DNA of 64,000 nt from Ignavibacteriota bacterium. GTDB taxonomy: Bacteria > Bacteroidota > Ignavibacteria > UBA10030 > UBA6906. This document shows, one piece after another, positions 13,431 through 22,957 of this stretch (position 1 is the stretch's first letter; the number at the start of each line of letters is the position of its first letter). The notes below the pieces were generated by a model. The model was not told the DNA's origin. It did no database searches and worked only from the letters and a program-made list of their open reading frames with translations. The position numbers and the translations under genes were made by a program. Location of the stretch: NCBI GenBank assembly GCA_963801355.1, contig CAWDEM010000004.1, positions 288,001 to 352,000 on the forward strand, in the 5' to 3' direction.

Positions 13431-14234
13431 ATGAAATGCATCAGTGTATTCACTCTGCTGTTCTGGATCGGGACATCGGCAGGGAGGGCGCAGACGGATT
13501 CCCTCCTGCTCACATCGGTGGTTGTCCGGGACGCGAAGACGGCATTTGCGGGGGCAGTGTTCATCCTCACGGCACCCGGACGTTGGCATGGTGACGATTG
13601 GGCCCGGACGGGTGTGGCTGCAGGAATCACCGCCGGCTCAGCATTGCTGGATGCAGACATCCGCACACTGGCACAGCGAAACGCAGGTACGGCCGACGGC
13701 CTGTCGGACGTTGCGGTGACATACGGGAGCGGGTGGTTTGCCATCGGTGTGACCACCGGTCTGTACGGTACCGGCCTGATCGTTCATGATGCATGGCTCC
13801 GTGAAACTGCGCTTCTTGCCGGAACCGCTGTCGTCGTTTCCTCGCTTATCGCCAGGGTGATCAAACCCATTGTAGGGCGGGCACGGCCGTATGTCGGGGC
13901 GGGAAACGGGACATTTCACATGTTCACGCTGCAGGATGACTACAGTGCGTTTCCCTCCGGCCATACGATAGCAGCGTTCTCGCTCTCCGGGGTGCTGGCG
14001 GCACGGATTGATCATCCTCTTGCCACGATCGGTGTGTACGGCCTGGCGTGTCTGACGGCCCTCTCCAGAGTATACACCGATCAACACTGGTTTTCCGATG
14101 TAGTGTTTGGAGGAATTTTGGCTTCGGCGGTTGGGCGGTCGCTGGTGCTGTGGCAAGAAGGTCTCGATGCCGGCCGTTCATCGCTGCGGGTGATGCCCGG
14201 TCCCGACCGAATCTGCGTGACATACACTTTCTGA
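13431..14234 (+). CDS. PAP2 family phosphatase
   Basis: KxxxGRARP, FPSGH, SRVYTDQHWFSDV; signal-peptide-like N-terminus. Confidence 0.9.
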   Translation: MKCISVFTLLFWIGTSAGRAQTDSLLLTSVVVRDAKTAFAGAVFILTAPGRWHGDDWARTGVAAGITAGSALLDADIRTLAQRNAGTADGLSDVAVTYGSGWFAIGVTTGLYGTGLIVHDAWLRETALLAGTAVVVSSLIARVIKPIVGRARPYVGAGNGTFHMFTLQDDYSAFPSGHTIAAFSLSGVLAARIDHPLATIGVYGLACLTALSRVYTDQHWFSDVVFGGILASAVGRSLVLWQEGLDAGRSSLRVMPGPDRICVTYTF

Positions 14235-14264
14235 TATCCAACGCAACGTGTGAAAGGAAACACG

Positions 14265-15659
14265 GTGACAGATCCCCTCTCTCCTCAGCCGGAGGAAACA
14301 GTGTTCCGACGGACTCTCCGCGAAGTCACCCAGCCATTCATCGATCTCTTCCACGCTTCCCGGGCGCTCTGGGGGGTGAATCTCTCCTACGTGCTGGAAG
14401 GGCTGACGTACTTCGGCGTGGTTGGTCTTCTGGCGATTTATTTCAACGATTTCATCGGCCTGAATGACATCAGTGCCGGCCACATGGTGGCGTTTCAGAC
14501 GGCCGGCATCACCCTCGGCATGTTGTTCTTCGGGGCCACCGTCGACCTCGTCGGGCCACGCAAAGCGCTGCTCGTGTCACTCGCTTTGATGCTCGTCGGC
14601 CGTGTGGTGCTTGCCATGGCGCCCGACCTTTCCGCCTCGCGTGGCCTCTGGTCGGGGGCACACCTGCTCGCGATGGGCGGGCTGCTCGGCATTATTGCAG
14701 GGTATGGCATCTATCAACCTGCATGCTACGCAGCAGTGAAGTTCTTTACCAATGAGAAGACCGCGGCGATGGGATATGCGATGCTCTACGCGCTGATGAA
14801 TTTGGGAGGTTTCCTGCCGGGCCTCATTTCTCCGCCGATCCGCAAAGCATTCGGCATCACGGGTGTCTTCTGGGTGTACGCGTTCCTGACGGTGGTGGGT
14901 ATTGCCGTCGTCGCATTGATTCTTACCAATAACGCGGTACGTAAGGCCACGCTGGCGGTGGGGAAAGAGGCCGAGTGGAGAGCGGAACAGAAGGTGCAGA
15001 AATCGTGGAAAGAGCAAATGCTGTTTTATGCGAAGAATTTTCCAATCAAGGATTACCGGTTTCTCTTCTTCGTGTTCATCCTCATCCCGGTCCAGACGCT
15101 GTTCGCGCACAACTGGCTGACATTACCACAGTACTGCAACCGCGCCTTCACCGGCGTGGTCAGCGAGAACTACGAGTTCTTTGTTAACTTCAGTCCGCTG
15201 CTGATTTTCGTGCTGACTCCTATGGTGGCGGCGTTAACGACAAAGAAGGATACCTACACCATGATGATCACCGGTACATTCATCATGGCCTTGCCGACAT
15301 TCTTCCTGGCACTCGGTCCCAATATTGTCACCCTGTTCGCATACCTCATCGTCATGACCGTGGGCGAGGCAATCTGGTCTCCCCGCTTCCTGCAATGGAT
15401 TGCCGAGGTGGCGCCCAAGGAAATGACCGGCATTTACATGGGCATCGGTCAGTTTCCGTGGTTTCTCACCAAGGTCATTACCGGCCTGTATTCGGGGTGG
15501 TTTCTCATGAACTATTGCCCGGCGGGCGTTCCGCCGGAAGAGATGCAGACGGGAACCATGTGGTTCATCTACGGGATCATCGCGATGATGACTCCGGTGG
15601 GGCTATTCCTGGCCCAGAAGTGGATGCGAAAGGGATTTACATCGCGGCATCACGGATGA
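14265..15659 (+). CDS. MFS transporter (POT/peptide-transporter-like)
   Basis: About 12 hydrophobic helices, ExxxYFG motif in TM1, GEAIWSP. Confidence 0.85.
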   Translation: MTDPLSPQPEETVFRRTLREVTQPFIDLFHASRALWGVNLSYVLEGLTYFGVVGLLAIYFNDFIGLNDISAGHMVAFQTAGITLGMLFFGATVDLVGPRKALLVSLALMLVGRVVLAMAPDLSASRGLWSGAHLLAMGGLLGIIAGYGIYQPACYAAVKFFTNEKTAAMGYAMLYALMNLGGFLPGLISPPIRKAFGITGVFWVYAFLTVVGIAVVALILTNNAVRKATLAVGKEAEWRAEQKVQKSWKEQMLFYAKNFPIKDYRFLFFVFILIPVQTLFAHNWLTLPQYCNRAFTGVVSENYEFFVNFSPLLIFVLTPMVAALTTKKDTYTMMITGTFIMALPTFFLALGPNIVTLFAYLIVMTVGEAIWSPRFLQWIAEVAPKEMTGIYMGIGQFPWFLTKVITGLYSGWFLMNYCPAGVPPEEMQTGTMWFIYGIIAMMTPVGLFLAQKWMRKGFTSRHHG

Positions 15660-15730
15660 GGATTCCATACCGGACGGTCTTCCGGTCTCTGCGTGAAAGC
15701 AATCCGACCTGGAGTCGCACCCGTTGCAGG

Positions 15731-17173
15731 TTATCGCTGGAGGATCCGAGACAAGAGCTCGCGTTCCTGATCACCAAAGGTGTGGAGGAAGTAGAGCATG
15801 CTGGAATAGACGAGGCCGCCACACACGACCGTGACCACAAGTGGAAGGTCTTGCATAAGAATGAGGGCACCCGCCATGACGGCGGCGGCGACGAGAACCT
15901 TCGCATAGACCATGATACCCCGAATCGGATAGCCGATGTGCCGTACATAGATCATGGATGAGAGGAACAACACAAGGTCTGTTGTCATAGTAATCCACGC
16001 GACTGCGGTGTACCCGAAGACAGGGACCAGCATCATGTTTGATGAGAACACCAGCAGGGCCACACCAAGCGAATTCCACATGCAGAACGTCTGCCGGTTC
16101 ACGGCGATCAGAAACGAGTAGAGAATCCATGCAAGGTATCCGACGGCGATACCCGCGCTGATGATGCGCAACACAACAGCAGCAGATGCATACTCAGGAG
16201 GGAACAAAAACGCCATGATCTGAGGGGCGAGGATGAAGGATCCGGCGGCCAGAGGGAGGGAAATCTGAACCATGACCCGGAGCGAATCTTCCAGAGCCTT
16301 ATGCAACTTCTGGGGTGCAGTTGCGTGAAAACCGGAGAAGACCGGATAGATCACCTGCGTGAAAGCTGTTGGGATGAATGTCAGGATTGTGATCAATCTG
16401 TAACCCGCGCTGAAGAGTCCCATCTCCTCTTGAGGCCGCGTGTATTTCAAAATCGTCGGTCCGATGAACGTATAGATCGAAATTCCCAACGAGCTCACGG
16501 CAAGTGTTGCGCCATCTTTGAGCAGGAGCGCCCACATCCTCCTGTCATAGCCAAATTTCGGCATACCGACGACACGGACATAGGTGAGCGTCAGTGCCGC
16601 AAGATTGAGGCAAGCGGCCGTCGCAGTCAGCAACAGCACAACAGTGATCCCCGGAAACGCTGGAACAAGGAGGATGACGGTGGTGGAGAGCAGCAGGTCG
16701 GTGGCAATGCTGGTCACCGCAACAAGGATCATCTTCCGGTGTGCCTGCAGAGCACTGAGAAACGTTGCGGAGATACTGGTGATCGCGGCCCCGGCGGTGG
16801 TGAGCAGGATGGCCCAATTGGTGTCCGCGTCGAATCGCGAAGCGAGTGCCACACAGCCCAGGAGCACGCTGGAGATGAAGGCAACAACGATCTTCAAAAT
16901 TACCGCCTTGCCGAGGAGATCGCGGCTCTTCTCCGGAGTTCGGGCGATCTCTCTTGTAAGGAGCTGTGGGAAGCCGAGGTCAAAAAGGGATTGAAAGAGA
17001 GCCGCAAAATAGGCGGCAAAATTCAGAATACCGAAGTTCGTCAATCCAAGATACGTCGCGAGGATGTTCAACCGGATCACACCCAGAAGGAGTCCGACCA
17101 CCCGACCCACGAGAATGGCCGCCGTATCCAGGGTGATCTTCTTCGTCTGGGTCCCCATCAGCGTTCGATCCAT
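15731..17173 (-). CDS. Wzx-type polysaccharide flippase
   Basis: Multi-TM protein, LATYLGLTNFG, DLGFPQLLTREIA, GLFSAGYR; lies in a glycosyltransferase cluster. Start uncertain. Confidence 0.9.
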   Translation of the reverse strand: MDRTLMGTQTKKITLDTAAILVGRVVGLLLGVIRLNILATYLGLTNFGILNFAAYFAALFQSLFDLGFPQLLTREIARTPEKSRDLLGKAVILKIVVAFISSVLLGCVALASRFDADTNWAILLTTAGAAITSISATFLSALQAHRKMILVAVTSIATDLLLSTTVILLVPAFPGITVVLLLTATAACLNLAALTLTYVRVVGMPKFGYDRRMWALLLKDGATLAVSSLGISIYTFIGPTILKYTRPQEEMGLFSAGYRLITILTFIPTAFTQVIYPVFSGFHATAPQKLHKALEDSLRVMVQISLPLAAGSFILAPQIMAFLFPPEYASAAVVLRIISAGIAVGYLAWILYSFLIAVNRQTFCMWNSLGVALLVFSSNMMLVPVFGYTAVAWITMTTDLVLFLSSMIYVRHIGYPIRGIMVYAKVLVAAAVMAGALILMQDLPLVVTVVCGGLVYSSMLYFLHTFGDQERELLSRILQR

Positions 17174-17388
17174 GTGCAAGTAAGGACAAGGATGTCATGC
17201 CGCCGGCCCAGATACACAGCGGCCGTGATCGGTACGAACCGACACGGAGGCATGTTGAAAAGAGTAGTTGTGACAAGCAGATCGGGGACCATGCTACAGA
17301 GAAGATACGAGGAAATCAGCTGTCAGACAAGACGCGCTACCGGGCTGTCTCGGAGAGCAGGCGATTGCCGGACGGCGTGTGCGGAGAT

Positions 17389-18351
17389 CTACAGTGCCGC
17401 AACGAACTCCTGTGCAAACCTGACCATCGACGGATCCGCATCATATGGAAGCACGCCGCTTCCAAGAACGGTCGCAGGCCGCCCCCCGGCAAGTCTTGCC
17501 AGGTACTCCAGCTCCGCCCGGAGAGCCACCCGATCGCTCGAGGCAAACAATCTCGCAGGAGTGTTCATTCGCACCGTGACCGACGGGTACTTCTTCATGA
17601 CCTCCATGAATGCCTCACGATCTGTTTCGGCGGGACAGATAACATACTCTGTTCCTGTCGTCAGAAGATCTTCCAGAATGCCTGCGGTGTTGCCGCCGAG
17701 GATCAGGGGTGGCGATTCGTGCATGAGATTCCGGGCGCCGGCGATCATTTCGCGAAGAGCAGGAAGAACCACATCCTTGAATGAATCTCCGGAAATGATG
17801 GGTGGAGAACCTGAAGACTCGAAGAACATAACGCGGAACCCTCTGGAGGCGAACGTACGACACAGCTCAATTTGCCCCGCCGCAAGATAGTGCAACGCCG
17901 CGGCAACGGCATCAGGGTTGATCAGCACCTCGGTCAGAATTCCCTGAAACCCTACCAGTGCACAGGCGATTGAAAAAGGACCGCTGAGAGGAATGCGTAC
18001 TTCAGCCCCCGGACATTCTTCTTTCAACCGTGCCGCCGCTTCCATGACCATCGGGAATCGGCCACTGCGTGTTGCGTCGGGCCACACAAGCCCGCAGAGA
18101 TCTACCGCGCCCTGACACAACGGTTTCATCACCGATGGCACTTCATTTTCCCGGGAAGCCCCCACCTCTGCCCCGTACGCTTCGGCCTCAACATTGTACA
18201 CATCGATGCCAACAACAACCGGTGTATGCCGGTACACAGCATAGGCAGCCGTATGAGCCTCAACGAGAAGGTCGGCACTCCTGGAGACATCCCAGGGTCT
18301 CCTGCCGATAAACTGTGCGGCATGTTCGTAGACAACGGGGGTGAATTCCAT
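17389..18351 (-). CDS. Uroporphyrinogen decarboxylase / MtaA-CmuA superfamily protein
   Basis: DVYNVEAEAYGAEV, GRFPMVMEA, LSGPFSIACALVG, VLGSG. Confidence 0.8.
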   Translation of the reverse strand: MEFTPVVYEHAAQFIGRRPWDVSRSADLLVEAHTAAYAVYRHTPVVVGIDVYNVEAEAYGAEVGASRENEVPSVMKPLCQGAVDLCGLVWPDATRSGRFPMVMEAAARLKEECPGAEVRIPLSGPFSIACALVGFQGILTEVLINPDAVAAALHYLAAGQIELCRTFASRGFRVMFFESSGSPPIISGDSFKDVVLPALREMIAGARNLMHESPPLILGGNTAGILEDLLTTGTEYVICPAETDREAFMEVMKKYPSVTVRMNTPARLFASSDRVALRAELEYLARLAGGRPATVLGSGVLPYDADPSMVRFAQEFVAAL

Positions 18352-18381
18352 TACTTCTCCGAAAGAGAAAGAATAGAGTGA

Positions 18382-19341
18382 TTATGCTGACTTTCCCCGC
18401 CTTACTTCTGCAGCACTCATTGCCAGCAGCAGCGGCAGCCGTCCTGAACCATCTTCACCGGTAAATCCTCTTAGTCCATCGATAATCGCATACCACGCTG
18501 CGCGCAGCGCAACGGGGCCATGCCCCCGCACGAGAAGGCGGACCAGCTGGCGCACGTAGAAATAGAGAAGGGACGGAAGATGCGGCACCCAGAGAGCCGG
18601 CCGGCTGTTCCTCCGCAGAAAAATCAGCTTGTTCCTGAGGTTGAGATAGATATATGCCGGGCTGTCCCATTCACTTGTCATCGAGATTTTGTGCAGCACA
18701 CGCGCACGCGGTTCGTACAGGACGGCATACCCGGCGTTGCGAGTCCGGAGACAGAATTCTGCATCCTCCATGTACGCGAAGTACGGGGTGGGAAGCATTC
18801 CGACAGCCTCGAATACTTCGCGGCGGGTAAGAAGACAACAGCCAGTAACATACTCGCACGGCTTCGGTGAATTGAACGGTGGTCCATCAGGCTTGCCCAT
18901 GCCGTCATGACTACTGCGTGCCGCGTGTACGTTCAGGGATCCTCCGGCAAACCAGAGAATTGCCGGCCTGTCGTGGTACACGATCTTTGCTCCGACAATG
19001 CCTGCGCGTGGTTCGGCGCGGATCGTCGCCATGAGTGCTTCAATCGTTCCGGGATCTACAGTCGTGTCGTTGTTCAAGAGCAGGACGAAACGGCTGCCGT
19101 CCTCCAGTGCACGGCGGATGCCGAGATTGTTTCCACCAGCGAAGCCCAGATTCCGTGAAGAACGAATGAGGAGAGTTTCCGGACATTCGGAACGAAGCCG
19201 GTCCGCCGAGCCATCGTCCGACGCGTTGTCCACGATGATGATCTGCATATCACGAAACGTGCTACCCCTAAGGGAACAGACACAGTCGACCGTGTCGTCG
19301 GGGCGACGGAAGTTCACGAGGATAACGGAGAGTGCCGGCAT
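18382..19341 (-). CDS. Glycosyltransferase family 2
   Basis: IIVDNASDDGS, NLGFAGGNN, LLNNDT, YMEDAE. Confidence 0.92.
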   Translation of the reverse strand: MPALSVILVNFRRPDDTVDCVCSLRGSTFRDMQIIIVDNASDDGSADRLRSECPETLLIRSSRNLGFAGGNNLGIRRALEDGSRFVLLLNNDTTVDPGTIEALMATIRAEPRAGIVGAKIVYHDRPAILWFAGGSLNVHAARSSHDGMGKPDGPPFNSPKPCEYVTGCCLLTRREVFEAVGMLPTPYFAYMEDAEFCLRTRNAGYAVLYEPRARVLHKISMTSEWDSPAYIYLNLRNKLIFLRRNSRPALWVPHLPSLLYFYVRQLVRLLVRGHGPVALRAAWYAIIDGLRGFTGEDGSGRLPLLLAMSAAEVRRGKSA

Positions 19342-19349
19342 TTGGGGGA

Positions 19350-19976
19350 TCAGGCGTGTGCGACGAAGAGATACTGCATTGCAAGGAAATCCGTTAGCTT
19401 GCTTCCCAGCAACGCATTCGTTACCCGCATTTTTCTGCTTGCCACAACGCGTGGTTCACAGTGCTCGATGGAGAAGCCGCTCTCTTGGAGAAGGCGTTCC
19501 ATGCTTCGTCGCGAAAAAAAACGGAGATGCGTCCGATCAAACAACCCGTAGTCGGCGTACTCCCATCCTTTCCGGAGGAGTTGGAGAATCGCCGTATAAT
19601 GCCGCATGTTCGGAATGCTGCACACGAGGAGACCCTTTGATCGGAGAAGGGGGCGGACGGCGCAAAGGATTGCAGACGGGTCGACGGTGTGTTCGAGTAC
19701 ATCGGCGAGAACGATACAATCGAACGAGGCGGACGGAAATGGCAGGGACATCTGCTGGATGTCTCCGACCACCACCGCATCCAGCACGGCTCCCGCTTCT
19801 GCTGCCACAACCGCGTTCATCTCCACGCCCGTTACATTGCGGTCCGGATGTTCCGCCTTCAAAAGCGAACCGAGTTTTCCAGTCCCGCATCCAATATCGA
19901 GGATCTGTTTCGCATGTGCCGGAACCAAACGCGCAACATCACGCCGCTCGTTTTCGTAGTATCCCGGATCAATCAT
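19350..19976 (-). CDS. Class I SAM-dependent methyltransferase
   Basis: ILDIGCGTG, FDCIVLADVLEH, THLRFFS. Confidence 0.92.
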   Translation of the reverse strand: MIDPGYYENERRDVARLVPAHAKQILDIGCGTGKLGSLLKAEHPDRNVTGVEMNAVVAAEAGAVLDAVVVGDIQQMSLPFPSASFDCIVLADVLEHTVDPSAILCAVRPLLRSKGLLVCSIPNMRHYTAILQLLRKGWEYADYGLFDRTHLRFFSRRSMERLLQESGFSIEHCEPRVVASRKMRVTNALLGSKLTDFLAMQYLFVAHA

Positions 19977-21145
19977 GAGTGGTGTCCCGGATTTCCTGCA
20001 AGCAGTTGTTCGTAGTGTTTCTGGAATTGTTGTGCAACGTGGCGGGTGTCGAATAGCGTCATTGCACGGGAGCGCGCCGAGAGGCCCAACTCCAAGCGCC
20101 GGTCGGGAGAGGAAAGAAGAGAGTCCAGCGCTGCGGCCAACGCAAGGTAATCGGCCGGCGGCACCAGGACGCCGGCATCTCCCACAACTTCAGGGATGGA
20201 TCCGGAAAGCGTTGTCACAACGGGTTTACCGCATGCCATACTTTCGACCAGCGCATAGCCAAATTGCTCCTGCCAGCGCTGCATGGGTCGACTCGGGAGT
20301 GCAAAGACATCCGCCAGTGCGTGAATTGAGGGCATTGCTGAGTACGGGTGTGGTCCGATCAAACGTACATGTTGTTGAAGGTTGAGTTGACCGATGAGGC
20401 GGTGCAATCCCGCCGCTTCCGGTCCGCGGCCGGCCATAAGGAGCTTTATCGGGAAGTGCGATCCATGTCGTTGGAGAAGCGTACGTAACGCGTACAGGAG
20501 ATCATACACCCCTTTCTGAACGTACAGATGAGCGACGAAGAGCACGAGAAGATCATCCGGCGTGCATCCGAATCGAGCCAGCAACTGTGGGTCCTTCGGG
20601 TGTGGAGAAAAATGGTCGAGGTCGATGCCCGGCATTTGCACGACGATCCGATCGGTGGGGGCACCTTCCAAGACCAGAACATCCCGGGTTCGCTGGCTGA
20701 CCGCGAAGAAAATATCCGCCTCCCGGAAGACGGTTTCCTTGATACGTTGCGTTGCAAGTGTGTTGTAGTTGAAGGGGATGTTTTCCCAGACAGTCACCGC
20801 GAGTTTGAATCCGAGGCGGCGCTTCAACAAGGCCGCCTGATATGAGCAATAGTACATTGTCTCCGCGGTATGAACGATGTCGAATCCCTGCAATGCCCTT
20901 TCGAGTCCCCGGAGATCGTGGTAATCTCCCCACCAGCGATCCAGCAGTGCGCGCGCTGCACGGGTGCGGACGCTCTGTCCGACGGAAAACAACTTGCGAA
21001 CCGGGAATTGGATTTCGGTTGTATCGAAGTTGTTCGCGCGGCTGCCGAATCCCACGAGGTCGTACCGGCTCGCAAGGGGGGCGAAATTCTGCATCTCCCA
21101 GGGGTTCAGATTCGATCCTCGGACGAAGGCAATACGTGGTCGCAT
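19973..21145 (-). CDS. Glycosyltransferase family 4
   Basis: PGIDLDHF, KG, EQFGYALVESMACGKPVV. Confidence 0.92.
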   Translation of the reverse strand: MRPRIAFVRGSNLNPWEMQNFAPLASRYDLVGFGSRANNFDTTEIQFPVRKLFSVGQSVRTRAARALLDRWWGDYHDLRGLERALQGFDIVHTAETMYYCSYQAALLKRRLGFKLAVTVWENIPFNYNTLATQRIKETVFREADIFFAVSQRTRDVLVLEGAPTDRIVVQMPGIDLDHFSPHPKDPQLLARFGCTPDDLLVLFVAHLYVQKGVYDLLYALRTLLQRHGSHFPIKLLMAGRGPEAAGLHRLIGQLNLQQHVRLIGPHPYSAMPSIHALADVFALPSRPMQRWQEQFGYALVESMACGKPVVTTLSGSIPEVVGDAGVLVPPADYLALAAALDSLLSSPDRRLELGLSARSRAMTLFDTRHVAQQFQKHYEQLLAGNPGHHS

Positions 21146-21315
21146 TAGGGGGCGTAGAACATGTTCATCTTTAGATCACTTCTGCAGTGGGACTCCCACG
21201 CATGAAATCTGCGCAATCGTCTGCTCACCTGCAACACCGGGTGCAGAACACTCCTGAGGATCCGCGGGGTTCGCACGTGTGAGAGGCACAGCGTCAGCGA
21301 TGACAGCAGCACGCG

Positions 21316-21420
21316 TTACCATTGAATAAGGGTGCGGATCATTTCGCGTTCCTGGTCGCCCAGACTCCGGGTCACCAGCTGTGAAATTGGCACTTCACCG
21401 CATACACAGCAATCGGATCT
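21316..21420 (-). pseudogene. Remnant 3' end of a second Wzx flippase
   Basis: Reads ...VCG...LVTRSLGDQEREMIRTLIQW*, matching the C-terminus of the intact flippase (VVCG...FLHTFGDQERELLSRILQR*). 14 of 16 nt match at the GDQER segment. Confidence 0.55.
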
Positions 21421-21438
21421 CTTTCAGTATTACGCTGC

Positions 21439-22161
21439 CTATTTCTTCGCTGCATAGATTGTGTATTGAGCCGGGTTAGTGTTTACTTCCCGTATTTCTA
21501 TGTGGTTAAACCACCGGCTGATGATCTTCCATACGTCACCCAAACCGTGGATTTCGATGATGAGTTTTGATACATGAGACAGATCCAGGGATTCCAGGAC
21601 TTCCAGTTCTGCACCCTCAATGTCCATCTTGAGTAAGTCAACCTTGCTCATATCTATGTTTCGGGCCGCGACGGCATCAACGGAGATTCCATGCGCAGCG
21701 AGAGTTGCCGCAGGATCACCGGGTTCACTCCTACTAAGGTAGAGCTGTCCTCCTTCACGAGCAACCGCTGCAGCCACTATCACATTGACATGACCAGTAG
21801 CACGCATTGCCTCCACGCATTCCAGTTGTGGCTCATAACATGTAATCTGCGCGTTTGGTGCGTGCAACCTTGCATACAGGGCAAAGAGTCCACAGTTTGC
21901 TCCCATGTCCATGACGTTCTCAATCCCATCCCATGAAGGCAGAGAGTAGATCTCATGGAGGAAAACTTCACGGTAAACCATGCGGAGAGTCTCGTACTCT
22001 GGATAGTGGAAGCTGTATCCATGCAGCAATACAACACCACTTTTGTGGTGGCGCAGACCTCTGAGCCGCATTCGTGTCCTATCGGCTACATGCTTCGACG
22101 GTGGGACAACGAAGATTCGATGATAGAGTTTTCTGATAGGATTATCCTTCAACATCTTCAT
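21439..22161 (-). CDS. FkbM family methyltransferase
   Basis: DMGANCG, YEP, LLKMDIEGAE, IIEIH; lower GC than the upstream cluster. Confidence 0.9.
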   Translation of the reverse strand: MKMLKDNPIRKLYHRIFVVPPSKHVADRTRMRLRGLRHHKSGVVLLHGYSFHYPEYETLRMVYREVFLHEIYSLPSWDGIENVMDMGANCGLFALYARLHAPNAQITCYEPQLECVEAMRATGHVNVIVAAAVAREGGQLYLSRSEPGDPAATLAAHGISVDAVAARNIDMSKVDLLKMDIEGAELEVLESLDLSHVSKLIIEIHGLGDVWKIISRWFNHIEIREVNTNPAQYTIYAAKK

Positions 22162-22179
22162 CCGAACCCCTTTCTGTAC

Positions 22180-22404
22180 TACTCCATGAATCCGTCGAGC
22201 GCAGGCTCTTCACGTTTTTCCTCCCATCCGTACGTCGACCTGTCATGCAGGACACGATCCACGGAACCCGGTCAACTTCTTGAGTGCTCCGGTTCTGGTG
22301 CCAACACTTGTACGCTTCCATCGGTGTTTGCCATCGGTGTGGCACGTGACATAGTCAATGCCGGAACGTTTGAACAGAGAGAGACGGCCGGGAATTGCTG
22401 ACAT
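22180..22404 (-). pseudogene. Truncated N-terminus of a tyrosine integrase (arm-binding region)
   Basis: GGAGG RBS, then MSAIPGRLSLFKRSGIDYVTCHTDGKHRWKRTSVGTRTGALKKLTGF, ending early. Starts about 65 nt from the tRNA 3' end. Confidence 0.5.
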
Positions 22405-22467
22405 TGATGGCCTCCGCTGCGAGCAGCTGGAGGAGCGAGAGGAGAGAAAAAGAACCATGAAATCTCG

Positions 22468-22541
22468 TCGGAGCGCGGGGATTTGAACCCCGGACCCCCT
22501 GAACCCCATTCAGGTGCGCTACCGGGCTGCGCTACGCTCCG
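22468..22541 (-). tRNA. tRNA-Pro(GGG)
   Basis: CGGAGCG acceptor stem, anticodon arm CCTGA-ATGGGGT-TCAGG, GGTTCAAATCC T-loop; CCA not encoded. Confidence 0.96.
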
Positions 22542-22662
22542 TTATGCAATTTAGCCACTTGACACTTGATTTCTGTTGACACATCTGGGGCTTTCTGTAC
22601 ACACTTGTCAACAGATTTGTCTACAGACAGAATTGTTGTGTTGAACCGTTAATTACATCTTC

Positions 22663-22691
22663 AAGATAAGAACACCTGATGTAAGTGTCAA
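22663..22691 (-). promoter_or_regulatory. Putative sigma70 promoter for tRNA-Pro
   Basis: TTGACA-17-TATCTT. Confidence 0.6.
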
Positions 22692-22957
22692 CTTTCATCC
22701 CTTCAAACTTGTTAGACTGTCAGGTCCTCCAAGGCCTGCTTATAAGATTGCGTGTTGAGCATGCCAAACCTTTCATTGCCTCTTCTGCCACTTCCAAAAC
22801 ATAGGCAAGTGTGCGTTTTTCTTCTTCATCAGCCACTGCAACCTCCCAATGGGTTGTTATGGTTTGGACCGCAAACACTATTTTAGACAGTTGAACCAGA
22901 TAGCTAGAAAGAGCGTCCCAACAAACAAACCCCAACAGGAATTGGGTTTTCTACCAC

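Noticed and set aside
16301-17890. Long 529-aa plus-strand ORF, and similar ones at 5522-6805, 8973-10259, 47652-48899, 50442-51653 and 58184-59335
   Set aside because: These are antisense shadows of well-supported genes in GC-rich DNA, with no recognisable motifs.
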